NCBI GenBank assembly: GCA_031382385.1 | Contig: JANMYS010000085.1 | Location: forward strand, 2,977 to 66,976 | Length of the DNA stretch: 64,000 bases | Direction of reading: 5' to 3' | Origin: Gemmatimonadota bacterium | GTDB taxonomy: Bacteria; Gemmatimonadota; Gemmatimonadetes; Gemmatimonadales; GWC2-71-9 | In this document: piece by piece, positions 9,610-18,742 of the stretch | How positions within the stretch are numbered: position 1 is the stretch's first letter | Layout of the letters: every line of letters starts with the position of its first letter | Notes under the pieces: model-generated | What the model was told of the DNA's origin: nothing | What the model saw: the letters and a program-made list of their open reading frames with translations, nothing else | Databases searched by the model: none | Position numbers and translations under genes: made by a program

Positions 9610-10032
9610 CTACTGTGCTCCGGCAGGTGGGGCCGGGGTAAACCCGATCACCTGCACCCCGGCACCGCGGGCGATGTCCATCGCCTCGATGACGTCCTGA
9701 TAGATCCGATCGGGATCCGACTTGACGAACATCAGCTTGGCCGGCCGGGTATCGAAGATCGCGTGGATCTGGGTGTCGAGCTGTTCCTTCGGCACCGGCT
9801 GGGTATTGATGGCGTAGCTGCCGTCGTTCAGCAGTTCGAGCACGATCTGGTTCGAGGCGGCCGTCGACTTCGTGGCCGTCTCCTGCGGGGGCACCTGGAT
9901 ATCCAGGGCCATGCGGGAGAGCGGCTGGGACACCATGAAGATGATGAGCATCACCAGCATGATGTCGATCATCGGGATGACGTTTGGCTCGGCGCTGACT
10001 TCGCCAGGCGCTGAAGATGATCCACCGGCCAT
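9610..10032 (-). CDS. exbD: ExbD/TolR biopolymer transport protein
   Basis: 140 aa with EPNVIPMIDIMLVMLIIFM and a periplasmic domain. Confidence 0.85.
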   Translation of the reverse strand: MAGGSSSAPGEVSAEPNVIPMIDIMLVMLIIFMVSQPLSRMALDIQVPPQETATKSTAASNQIVLELLNDGSYAINTQPVPKEQLDTQIHAIFDTRPAKLMFVKSDPDRIYQDVIEAMDIARGAGVQVIGFTPAPPAGAQ

Positions 10033-10034
10033 GG

Positions 10035-10493
10035 CTAGTTCTCCTTCGTCGGTTCGACGAACAGGCCGACCGCCTTCGGCTCGGAGATGGCCGCCATGAC
10101 GCGAACGCCGGAACGGCGAGCCATCTCGACTGCGTCCTGAATCCGAGAGTACTTGAGCATGTTGTCCGCCTTGAAGTAGAGGATCTTGTCCTCCGTCCGG
10201 GCGGCGTACATTGCCTTCAGCTGATCCTCCAGCACGACCGGGTCGACCGGACCCTTGCCGTCGAGGAAGTAGCTTCCGCTCGCGTCGATGCCGAGGATGA
10301 TCTCGCCCTCCCCTTCGGGGCGCTTGTCGAGGTTCGCCCCCTTGGGCATCGTTGCCTTGAAGCCGGCCGCGATCAGCGGTGTGACGATCATGAAGATGAT
10401 CAGCAGCACCAGCATGATGTCGATCATCGGAATGACGTTCGGCTCCGCCTTGACGCTGGTGCGGCCGGCGGAGTTACCCTGCGACATGCCCAT
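10035..10493 (-). CDS. exbD: ExbD/TolR biopolymer transport protein (second copy)
   Basis: 152 aa with EPNVIPMIDIMLVLLIIFM. Confidence 0.85.
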   Translation of the reverse strand: MGMSQGNSAGRTSVKAEPNVIPMIDIMLVLLIIFMIVTPLIAAGFKATMPKGANLDKRPEGEGEIILGIDASGSYFLDGKGPVDPVVLEDQLKAMYAARTEDKILYFKADNMLKYSRIQDAVEMARRSGVRVMAAISEPKAVGLFVEPTKEN

Positions 10494-11229
10494 GGCCGGT
10501 CACCGCTTTCTGCGCCTGGAATTCCTTGGTGAAGATCGACCGGCCGAACTCGCTGCCGACGCTCTTGATGAGGTAGTCGATCAGTTCCTTCGACGAGTAA
10601 GTCATCTCGACCGTGAGATTCTCGATCTTGGTGGTGAAGTAGTTGTAGAACCACACCGCCGGGATGGCCACCAGGAGACCGAAGGCGGTGGTGATGAGGG
10701 CCTCGGCGATACCGGCCGAGATGCCGGCCAGGCCGCCGGAGGCGCCGGAAGCCGCCATGCCGGTAAAGGCCGTCACGATACCCATCGTGGTCCCGAGCAG
10801 ACCGACGAACGGCGCGGTCGAACCCACCGTCGCGAGCACACCCATGCCCCGCTTGAACTCGGCCAGCATGATCAGCATCTGGCGCTCGACGGCACGCTCG
10901 GCCGAATTGATGTCGGCTGAAGTGATCGTGGCGCGGTCTTGAATCAGCGGCTTGACTTCGCCCAGCGCCCCACCCAGCACCTTGGCGACGTGGCTCTTCT
11001 GGTTCTTCTCGGCCAGCATGATCGCCTTCTCGAGATTCTCCTCCTGGACCGCGCGGCTGAACTCGGGGGCGAACTTCTTGGTCGCGGACTGGCTCTTGGC
11101 GATCATGATGATCTTGGTGATCGACACCGTCAGCGACCACATCGACATCACGAACAGCACGAAGATGACGCCCCGCGCGAAGGGGCCCGCCGCCTCAAAC
11201 AGCTTCAGTAGATCGAGACCGTGACTCAT
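10474..11229 (-). CDS. exbB: MotA/TolQ/ExbB proton channel
   Basis: 251 aa and three TM segments, with ..APFVGLLGTTMGIV..AEALITTAFGLLVAIPA. Confidence 0.85.
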   Translation of the reverse strand: MSHGLDLLKLFEAAGPFARGVIFVLFVMSMWSLTVSITKIIMIAKSQSATKKFAPEFSRAVQEENLEKAIMLAEKNQKSHVAKVLGGALGEVKPLIQDRATITSADINSAERAVERQMLIMLAEFKRGMGVLATVGSTAPFVGLLGTTMGIVTAFTGMAASGASGGLAGISAGIAEALITTAFGLLVAIPAVWFYNYFTTKIENLTVEMTYSSKELIDYLIKSVGSEFGRSIFTKEFQAQKAVTGHGHVAG

Positions 11230-11254
11230 GACCGAAGAACCTCCGTGGAGATGA

Positions 11255-11282
11255 AGCCGGGTCCGCGGCGCGGGACCCGGCT
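11255..11282 (-). promoter_or_regulatory. Intercistronic GC hairpin between tonB and exbB
   Basis: A 10-bp stem (agccgggtcc / ggacccggct) closes an 8-nt loop. It lies just upstream of the exbB GGAGG ribosome binding site (RBS). Confidence 0.35.
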
Positions 11283-11293
11283 GACTGAAGTAA

Positions 11294-12004
11294 TTACGAC
11301 CCGAGTTTGAATGTCATGCCCTGCTGCACCAGGACCCGGACCGGCTGGCCCCGGGACTTGCCCGGCTTAAAGGCGCAGCCGGCAATCGCTTCCTTGGCCG
11401 GGGCCTCGAACGCCTTGTGGGTCGAGCTGATGATCTTGATATCGCCCCCGACCCGCCCATCGGTATTCACCACGAACTGCATCACCACCTTGCCGGGTAT
11501 ACCCGCCGACTGCATGACGGGCGGATACTTCGGCTGACACTTCGCCGCATCGATGACCTCCGGACGGTCCTCCACCTCCGCGGCAAGGAAGACCTCGCCC
11601 TCGATCGTGGGCACCGGGCCGGTCCCGCCGACGATACCGCTCGCGATCCCACCCTCGACGCCCTTGCCGGTGAAGTCCTTCGGGTCGAACCGCTCGTTCA
11701 GGTTCACCGGAGGAATCTCCGTCGGAATGTTGTCCGGCGGCGTGATGATCTGGAAGCCCTGGGGCGGCGGGTTGGCGCTCACCACCACGTTCTCCGGCGG
11801 CGGTTCCGGCGGCGGCGGCGGCGCCTCCGGTGGCTTCAGAAAGATCATCGTCGTATCGACGACGATGTCCCGCACCCCCTCGGCCACACCCTGCGTTGCC
11901 TTCACCGCGCCGAAGATGACACCGGCGTGCAGGGCAAAGGAAAGCACGGTCTGGCTGAGTGATGCTTTACGCTTGTGGTTGGACTCGATCAGGTTTTCGA
12001 ACAC
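11294..12004 (-). CDS. tonB: TonB family energy transducer
   Basis: 236 aa with an N-terminal anchor, a Pro-rich stretch (PPEAPPPPPEPPPE) and a C-terminal TonB domain (..GKVVMQFVVNTDGRV..). Confidence 0.75.
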   Translation of the reverse strand: MFENLIESNHKRKASLSQTVLSFALHAGVIFGAVKATQGVAEGVRDIVVDTTMIFLKPPEAPPPPPEPPPENVVVSANPPPQGFQIITPPDNIPTEIPPVNLNERFDPKDFTGKGVEGGIASGIVGGTGPVPTIEGEVFLAAEVEDRPEVIDAAKCQPKYPPVMQSAGIPGKVVMQFVVNTDGRVGGDIKIISSTHKAFEAPAKEAIAGCAFKPGKSRGQPVRVLVQQGMTFKLGS

Positions 12005-12205
12005 GGAGTGCAGCCTCCGAGGCAGGGCGAGGGAACAACCTACCGGGCGGCCATTGCAGGGAATCGCCGCGCAGATGACAAATCAATGACAAGCCGATTA
12101 GCGAACCCGGACGAGAAGCCTGCGCCCGCGAACATGAACCACCAAGGAGGGGCCAATATACCGGTTGATGACAAGTGCGCTAGAGCGGTCGTTTCGCGAT
12201 TCGTT

Positions 12206-13702
12206 TCACTCCTCAACCCCGCCAATCCCGGTAGCTGAGAGGTCATGCGGGGCCCGCGCACCGGCCACTTTCGGCAGGCTCACAGTAAACACCGCCCCCC
12301 TCCCCGGCCGGCTCTGCACCGAGATGCTGCCGCCATGTGCCTCCGCGATCCACCGCGTGATCGCCAGCCCCAGCCCGGTGCCGGGCCGGCGCCCGGTGCG
12401 AGAACGGGCGGTGTCGACCCGGTAGAACCGGTCGAAGATGTGGGGCAAGTCGCCCAGCGGAATCCCAATCCCGTTATCACCCACGATGATGGTGGCCGTA
12501 TCGCCCTGATCCACCAGGGCCAGACTGACCTTCCCGCCCAGCGGGGTGAACTTGATGGCGTTGGTGACCAGGTTGAGCAGGAGCTGGCGAATTCGGCTGC
12601 GGTCGACCGGGACCACAACGCTTTCCTTTGGTAGTTCGGTCCGCACGGTGATACGCAGCTCTTCGGCGAGGATCCCGGCGGTTTCCGAGGCCTCGCTCAC
12701 GAGATCGCGCAGATCACAGGGTTCGGTTGCGAGGCTGGCGCTGCCTTCGTCCGCGCGGGCCAGGGTCAGCAGATTGTCCACCATCTCGCTCACCCGGTGA
12801 ATTTCCTCGAGCACCTCTTCCAGTGATTGCAGCGCCTCGGTCGGGGTGCCCGGATGGGTCATGCTCCGCTCCACCCCGGCCCGCAGGACCATGAGCGGGG
12901 TCTTCATCTCGTGACTGGCGTCCGCCGTGAAGCGGCGAAGGCTGCCAAAGCTCTCCTCCAGCCGTGCGAGCATGCGGTTCATGGTGGTCCCGAGGCGGGC
13001 CAGCTCATCGGCCGCCACCGGCACCGCCACCCGCCGGTGCAGACTGCGGCCATCGGTGATCGCCTCCAGTTCATCGATGATGCGATCCAGCGGGCGAAGG
13101 CTCGCGTCCACCAGGACGTATCCCAGCCCGAAACTGCCCAGCAGGATCAGCGGCGCGATTACCAGCATGGCCTGCAGCAGCTGGCCCGCGCCGAACGGCA
13201 CGGCGCCGATCGGCGCCGCGACGAAGATGGACGCGGTCGCATCCCAGACGCCCGGCAACGGCACCTGCGCATAGCGGAACGACCGGTTCTCCCCTTCGAT
13301 GGCGATGACCCCGGTGCGCACGGCGCCGGGCCCGGGCTGGCTCGATGCCGCCAGCACCTGTGACAGCGCCGTTACCCCGAACTGCTTGGCGGCCGCGTTG
13401 CGGTAGATCTGGAACCGGTCGGGATCGAAGACGACGACGTAATCCCGGATCCCGTCGAGATAGCCCCCGACCGCGCTGATGACCAGCGTCGGCGTCTCCA
13501 TGGGCCTGAGGGTGCGCCCAAGCTGCCGCTGGGAGCTGATGAAGTACTGCGCCGCGAGATTCCCCTCCAGCTCGAGTCGCTCATCCAGCTCCCGCAGGCT
13601 GGAGCGCTGCCGCTCAAGGTACAGCGCCCCTCCAAAGGCACCGACCGACGCCAACAGGGCGACGGCGTACCAGAGGGTGAGGCGGCGGCGGATCGAGGAC
13701 AT
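12206..13702 (-). CDS. Sensor histidine kinase (periplasmic sensor, HAMP, HisKA, HATPase_c)
   Basis: 498 aa with H-box ASHEMKTPL and G-boxes DNGIGIP and GTGLGLAI. Confidence 0.85.
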   Translation of the reverse strand: MSSIRRRLTLWYAVALLASVGAFGGALYLERQRSSLRELDERLELEGNLAAQYFISSQRQLGRTLRPMETPTLVISAVGGYLDGIRDYVVVFDPDRFQIYRNAAAKQFGVTALSQVLAASSQPGPGAVRTGVIAIEGENRSFRYAQVPLPGVWDATASIFVAAPIGAVPFGAGQLLQAMLVIAPLILLGSFGLGYVLVDASLRPLDRIIDELEAITDGRSLHRRVAVPVAADELARLGTTMNRMLARLEESFGSLRRFTADASHEMKTPLMVLRAGVERSMTHPGTPTEALQSLEEVLEEIHRVSEMVDNLLTLARADEGSASLATEPCDLRDLVSEASETAGILAEELRITVRTELPKESVVVPVDRSRIRQLLLNLVTNAIKFTPLGGKVSLALVDQGDTATIIVGDNGIGIPLGDLPHIFDRFYRVDTARSRTGRRPGTGLGLAITRWIAEAHGGSISVQSRPGRGAVFTVSLPKVAGARAPHDLSATGIGGVEE

Positions 13703-13775
13703 GAGGCGATTAGGCGGTTGGGCGGTTGGGCGATTAGGCGGTTGGGCTGACAGCTGACGGCTGACAGCTGACGGC
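13703..13775. repeat. Two abutting tandem arrays: an octamer T(A/G)GGCG(G/A)T, four full copies plus flanking partial units (13703-13747), then a heptamer TGAC(A/G)GC x4 (13748-13775)
   Basis: I read the arrays directly. They fill the entire gap between the response-regulator stop and the kinase start codon. Confidence 0.9.
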
Positions 13776-14443
13776 TATTCCTTAATGACGTACCCCACCC
13801 CGCGCACCGTGTGGATCAGCCGACGGTCCTGTCCGGCGTCCACTTTCTTGCGGAGGCGGTTGATCACCACATCCACGATGTTGGTGCCGGGATCGAAATG
13901 ATAGTCCCAGGCGTACTCGGTGATGAGCGTCCGGGACATGACCCGGCCCACGTGGCGCATGAGGTATTCCAGCACGGCGTATTCCTTGGGTGTCAGCTCG
14001 ATCCGCCGGCCGGCACGGTTCACCTCGCGGGTGCCGAGGTCGAGCTCGAGATCGCCGACCCGCACCGCCCGGGGGGCGAGCTGTTTGGGCCGGCGGCCCA
14101 GCGCCTCGACCCGGGCCAGCAGCTCCTCGAAGGCGAACGGCTTGGTGACATAGTCATCCGCCCCGGCCCGCAGCGCCTGGACCTTGAAGTCAACCGCGTC
14201 CTGCGCGGTGAGGACGAGGACGGGGGCGGTGTTGCCCCGGTCTCGCAGCGTCCGCAGCACATCGAATCCGCTCATGCCGGGCAGGCGCAGGTCGAGGACG
14301 ACCAGGTCGTAGGCCGAATGCGTCGCCGCCGCGAGGGCGTCGTCGCCGTCCGCCACCAGGTCCACCTGGAATCCCTGCTCCGCAAGGCCGCGGACCACGT
14401 AGGGTCCGACCGTTCGATCGTCCTCCACCACCAGGATCTTCAT
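13775..14443 (-). CDS. OmpR-family response regulator
   Basis: 222 aa with a receiver domain (DLVVLDLRLPGMSG) and a winged-helix domain (LTPKEYAVLEYL). Confidence 0.9.
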   Translation of the reverse strand: MKILVVEDDRTVGPYVVRGLAEQGFQVDLVADGDDALAAATHSAYDLVVLDLRLPGMSGFDVLRTLRDRGNTAPVLVLTAQDAVDFKVQALRAGADDYVTKPFAFEELLARVEALGRRPKQLAPRAVRVGDLELDLGTREVNRAGRRIELTPKEYAVLEYLMRHVGRVMSRTLITEYAWDYHFDPGTNIVDVVINRLRKKVDAGQDRRLIHTVRGVGYVIKE

Positions 14444-14446
14444 GGC

Positions 14447-15994
14447 TCAGCCTCCCGGTCGAGGCGCCACAGGGAAGTACACCCGGAAGACCGAGCCGCG
14501 CCCGGGCTGGCTGTCGACGGTGATGCGACCGCCATGCTCCGCGATGATGCCGTAGCAGATCGACAGGCCGAGGCCGGTTCCGCGCCCGGTGGATTTCGTG
14601 GTGTAGAACGGCTCGAAGATCTTGGGCAGCTCCGAGCGCGGCATGCCGATGCCGGTATCCTCGATCTCCACCTCGACCTCATCCTCGTGGATGGTCCCAT
14701 GCCCGGAACGCACGGTCAGCGACCCGCCCTGCTCCATCGCGTCCATCGCATTCAGCATGATGGCCATGAAGACCTGGATGAGCTGCTCGCCACTGGCGGT
14801 CAGCGTGGGGAGGTCATCCGCCAGCTCGCGGTGGACCTCGATCCGCTTGAACCGTTCATGATGCTTGAGCAGGAAGAGGGTGTCCTCGAGAATCGCCGAG
14901 ACGTTGACCGGCCCCTTCGCCTTGCCCTTGGGGCGGCTGAAGTCGAGCAGGCCATCCACGATTGCCTCGCAGCGCTGTACCTCCTTGTCGATGATCTGGA
15001 GGTACTCCCGCATCGCCGCCTGGGAGGCCGCCGGGAGATCGTCCTCGACCCGGTTCTCTAGGGCCGCGACACAGGCACCGATGGTCGCGAGCGGATTGTT
15101 GATCTCGTGCATGATCCCCGCGGCGAGCTGGCCGATCCCGGCGAGCTTCTCGCTCTGCAGGATCCGCTGCTGGGCCACATGCCCTTCGGTGACATCCTCG
15201 CCGATCGTGATGACGTGGGAAATCGTCTCGCCATCCTGCCGCATCGGGATCTTGCTGATACGGTAGTACTTGGGCTCGCCCCCGACGGCCACCTCCAGCT
15301 CCATCTGCCGGGTCTCGCCGGTGGCGAACACCTCGTCGAATTCCTCCTGCAGCTGGCCCGCGGGCTGGCGGGTCAGGACCTCGAAGACTGGCCGGCCCAC
15401 GACTTCATCGCGCCGCAGGCCCTGGGTCCCCATCTCCCGCTTCCGATTCCAGATCTGGATGCGATACTCCCGGTCGACGACGTACAGTCCCACCGGCAGA
15501 CAGTCGATCACGAGGGTGATGAACCGGCGCTGCTCCTCGATTTCGCGCGAGCGCAACGCGACCTCGTAGGCCAGGTCCTCCGAGAGTTCAATCGAGGCCA
15601 GGAAGGGCGCCAGGATGTCCGCGATGACCGGGAGCAGTCCCGTCGCCAGATCCGGCGGCGGCACAGGAGTCACCTCCAGCATGCCGAGCCGCTCGCCTTC
15701 GTGCAGCAGCGGGAGGCGCAGGGTCTCGGCCGCTGCCTCCGGCAGGACCGCGAACGAGCGGCTGGTGCGCGGGCCCGCGGCGGGCATCGGGGCGCCGATG
15801 GCGCGGAGCGTCGTCGCATTCGGTTCGCGCAGCCAGAGCTGGACCTGGCTGGCGCCCAGCCCACGCCGCAGCGCTTCCGCCACGCTGGCCAGCGTCGCCT
15901 CGGCGGCGAGCCCCGTGTTCAGCATCCGGGCAATCGTCCCGATCAGCGCGAGCTGGGCGTCCGGTGTGGTGGCGGTGGCTGGCATGAGTTCCAT
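14447..15994 (-). CDS. Cytoplasmic sensor histidine kinase with GAF/PAS-like N-terminal domains
   Basis: It has H-box MHEINNPLATI and G-boxes DTGIGMP and GTGLGLSI. I chose the start at MELMPATA (comp. 15992-15994); an alternative lies at 15985. Confidence 0.8.
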   Translation of the reverse strand: MELMPATATTPDAQLALIGTIARMLNTGLAAEATLASVAEALRRGLGASQVQLWLREPNATTLRAIGAPMPAAGPRTSRSFAVLPEAAAETLRLPLLHEGERLGMLEVTPVPPPDLATGLLPVIADILAPFLASIELSEDLAYEVALRSREIEEQRRFITLVIDCLPVGLYVVDREYRIQIWNRKREMGTQGLRRDEVVGRPVFEVLTRQPAGQLQEEFDEVFATGETRQMELEVAVGGEPKYYRISKIPMRQDGETISHVITIGEDVTEGHVAQQRILQSEKLAGIGQLAAGIMHEINNPLATIGACVAALENRVEDDLPAASQAAMREYLQIIDKEVQRCEAIVDGLLDFSRPKGKAKGPVNVSAILEDTLFLLKHHERFKRIEVHRELADDLPTLTASGEQLIQVFMAIMLNAMDAMEQGGSLTVRSGHGTIHEDEVEVEIEDTGIGMPRSELPKIFEPFYTTKSTGRGTGLGLSICYGIIAEHGGRITVDSQPGRGSVFRVYFPVAPRPGG

Positions 15995-16149
15995 TGGTTT
16001 GATCTGCAACTGCTCGGGAGCAGGCGGCGGGCGCGAGGCGGCAGGTGCACGCCGGTGGTGAAGCAATCGTGGCAAGTTCCGGCCCTGCCGTCGCCTGCCG
16101 CCCAGCGCCTATGGGTTATCGCCCCTCAAATAGTAGCTCCACGCCCCCG

Positions 16150-17199
16150 CTATTCCGCAGCCCTTGGCCGTGACGCCCAGGCCGAAGCCCCCAGCCCCAG
16201 CGCCGCGAGGAGCACCCAGCTCGTCAGTCCGACCCAGCAACCCAGCAGCCCAGCCTCGACCGGCGTCATGGAGAGCCGCAGGCCGTCCCGGGTCCTCGGC
16301 GTCGCCGCGATAATCACCGCCCGCAGTCCGTCCGCGTCCTCCACCCGCTCCACATCGAGCTGGCCCGGCGGTCGCGCGTTGACCGGCTCGACGGTGATAC
16401 CGGCGGCGATCTCGGGTAACCGCGCCTGCCGCACACCCGTGCCAGTCGCGGCCACCTCGATCAGCCGCCGGGCCGTGAGCAGCTGCAGGTCAGTGGACGA
16501 CCGTGCGGCGAGCCGTACGCTCCAGCCAAGATCGGCCCCGAGCAGGAGCACCAGCCCGGTGGACACCCCGAGCGCAAGCAGGCGAAAGCGGGCCGACTTC
16601 TCCCGCAGGAAGGCGAGCCCCGCCCCGCCGATACCGAGAATCGCCAGCAGCGACATCAGGTCCGCACGCAAACCCGGGACCTGGGGCGACAGGGTGTCCC
16701 ATGTCCCGACCCATCCCGCAATGCTGGCCGAATCGCGACCGATGAACGGGACCACGCTGACCGATCGCTTCGCGTGCGTCGTCTGCACCGCGATCCCGGG
16801 TCGGGTAAGCTGATCGAGCAGCGCCTGCGGCAGCGGAGCCAGCCCAATCGTGTCGACGGCAAGGGCGACGTTGCCCAGGGCGAGCTGGACACCGCCAGAC
16901 CAGGAAGAGCCGTCGACCAGCGCATTGACCGTGGAGATCAGCCGGGGGGCATCGTATCCCGCGGGCGACCATGGGGTGACGACCGAGAAATACGCCGCCG
17001 CCTGCCTGGCCAGCGCGGCATCGGTCCGGCGACGAACCACCTGCTCGGTCTGTCCCGCGGTCAACCACATTCCCAGCAGCGCCCCCGCGGCGACGACCGG
17101 TCCGGAGAAGGCCAGCCACGGTGCAGGGCGGTGGCCAGACCAGGAATCCGGCAGGGAGACGGGAATCATCGCGTGGTGTAAGTTGCCGGAGTCGGCCAT
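16150..17199 (-). CDS. Hypothetical membrane protein, first gene of the two-component operon
   Basis: Only the C-terminal 349 codons of the 660-aa track ORF are plausible, starting at MADSGNLHH. The upstream part runs antisense to the aldehyde dehydrogenase. There are several hydrophobic segments and no motif I recognise. Confidence 0.5.
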   Translation of the reverse strand: MADSGNLHHAMIPVSLPDSWSGHRPAPWLAFSGPVVAAGALLGMWLTAGQTEQVVRRRTDAALARQAAAYFSVVTPWSPAGYDAPRLISTVNALVDGSSWSGGVQLALGNVALAVDTIGLAPLPQALLDQLTRPGIAVQTTHAKRSVSVVPFIGRDSASIAGWVGTWDTLSPQVPGLRADLMSLLAILGIGGAGLAFLREKSARFRLLALGVSTGLVLLLGADLGWSVRLAARSSTDLQLLTARRLIEVAATGTGVRQARLPEIAAGITVEPVNARPPGQLDVERVEDADGLRAVIIAATPRTRDGLRLSMTPVEAGLLGCWVGLTSWVLLAALGLGASAWASRPRAAE

Positions 17200-17244
17200 T
17201 CCCGCAAGATTGACCTGCCATCTCCGACCGCCCCGGACCCGCAT

Positions 17245-18687
17245 ATGACCGCCGTTCCCGTCCTGACGCCCTGGATCGACAATGCCCACCTGCCACTCGA
17301 GGGCCGGGCTACCGACACCATCCTCGCCCCGTTCTCCGGCGCGCCGGCGGTCCAGGCCGCGCAGGGAACCGTGGCCGACCTCGACCGGGCCATCGGTGCC
17401 GCCCAGCGGGCCTTTCAGGCGATGCGGAGCATGCCACGCCACGCCCGGCGCGATCTGCTCGACCGGATCGCGGCGGCGCTGATGCGGGACCGCCAGGCGC
17501 TCGCGACCGAACTGGCCACCAGCGCGGGCAAGCCGATCAGCCAGGCGCTGGGCGAGATCGACCGCGGAATCATGACCTTTTCCCTTGCGGCCGACGAAGC
17601 CCGGCGTTTCGGCGGTGAGGTGATTCCCCTCGATATCGATGCGCGGGCCAACGCGATGACCGGCCTGGTCCACCGCTTTCCCGTGGGACCGATCAGCGCG
17701 ATCACGCCGTTCAACTTCCCGCTGAACCTGCTGGCCCACAAAGTGGCGCCGGCCCTCGCCGTCGGCAGTGCCCTGGTCGTGAAGCCACCGCCGCAATGCC
17801 CGCAGATCGCCTTCCGGCTGGGCGCCATCCTCAAGGAATGCGGCGCACCGGACGGCGCCTACAACGTGCTGCACCTGCCGATCCCCGTGGCGGAGCGACT
17901 CGCGACCGACCCCCGCTTCAACATGCTGACCTTCACCGGCAGCCCGACGGTGGGATGGCACCTCAAATCGGTGGCGGGGAAAAAGAAGGTCTGTCTCGAA
18001 CTGGGGGGGAATGCGGCGGCCGTCGTTCATGAAGACGTCCCCGATCTTGGTGCCGTCGCGCGTCGGCTGGCCATCGGGGCGTTCGCCTACGCCGGCCAGG
18101 TCTGCATCAAGGTGCAGCGCATCCTGGTGCACCAGCCGGTCTACCAGCAGTTTGTCGATCAGTTCGTCGCGGCGAGCGCCGCGCTGGCCTGCGGCGACCC
18201 GCTGGATCCGAAGACGGTTGTCGGACCGATGATTGATGCCGGTGCCGCCGACCGGGTCCAGCGCTGGACCGCAGAGGCGGTCGCCGCCGGAGCCGAGGTG
18301 CTGCTTGCCGGCCGGAGGACCGGCAACGTGCTCATGCCAGCCATCCTGGCCCGCGTCCCCGCCGATGCGAAAGTCTCCTGCATGGAGGTCTTCGGCCCGG
18401 TGACGATCGTCGAGCCCTATCGCGACTGGGCCGAGGCACTCACCCGGGTCAACGATTCGACCTTCGGGCTGCAGGCGGGAGTCTTTACCCAGGATATCGG
18501 CCGGATCTTCACCGCCTTTCAGGGACTCGAGGTCGGAGGTGTCGTCGCGAATGACTTTCCCACCCTGCGGGTCGACAACTATCCCTATGGCGGCGTGAAG
18601 GACTCGGGCTTCGGTCGTGAAGGGGTGCGCTACGCGGTGGAGGAGATGAGCGAGCCGAGGATGCTGGTGCTGAACCTCGGGCGATAG
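17245..18687 (+). CDS. NAD(P)-dependent aldehyde dehydrogenase family protein
   Basis: 480 aa with ELGGN and the catalytic Cys in AGQVCIKVQR. Confidence 0.9.
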   Translation: MTAVPVLTPWIDNAHLPLEGRATDTILAPFSGAPAVQAAQGTVADLDRAIGAAQRAFQAMRSMPRHARRDLLDRIAAALMRDRQALATELATSAGKPISQALGEIDRGIMTFSLAADEARRFGGEVIPLDIDARANAMTGLVHRFPVGPISAITPFNFPLNLLAHKVAPALAVGSALVVKPPPQCPQIAFRLGAILKECGAPDGAYNVLHLPIPVAERLATDPRFNMLTFTGSPTVGWHLKSVAGKKKVCLELGGNAAAVVHEDVPDLGAVARRLAIGAFAYAGQVCIKVQRILVHQPVYQQFVDQFVAASAALACGDPLDPKTVVGPMIDAGAADRVQRWTAEAVAAGAEVLLAGRRTGNVLMPAILARVPADAKVSCMEVFGPVTIVEPYRDWAEALTRVNDSTFGLQAGVFTQDIGRIFTAFQGLEVGGVVANDFPTLRVDNYPYGGVKDSGFGREGVRYAVEEMSEPRMLVLNLGR

Positions 18688-18717
18688 GCGGTAGGCGGTA
18701 GGCGAACAGGAACAGGA
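18685..18717. repeat. Tandem heptamers TAGGCG(G/A) x3, then ACAGGA x2
   Basis: The array begins with the aldehyde dehydrogenase stop codon itself: TAGgcgg taggcgg taggcga acagga acagga. Confidence 0.85.
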
Positions 18718-18742
18718 GCCGAGGAGGACTGAATCAAGCGGG

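Noticed and set aside
13703-13775. Tandem repeat arrays (also 18685-18717, 20885-21007 and 52261-52334) considered as CRISPR arrays.
   Set aside because: The period is 7-8 nt with no unique spacers. There are no cas genes and no leader. These are micro-satellite-like arrays, not CRISPR.
17200-18132. Upstream 311 codons of the 660-aa minus-strand ORF.
   Set aside because: This stretch is antisense to the well-supported aldehyde dehydrogenase. A plausible membrane protein begins only at 17199.
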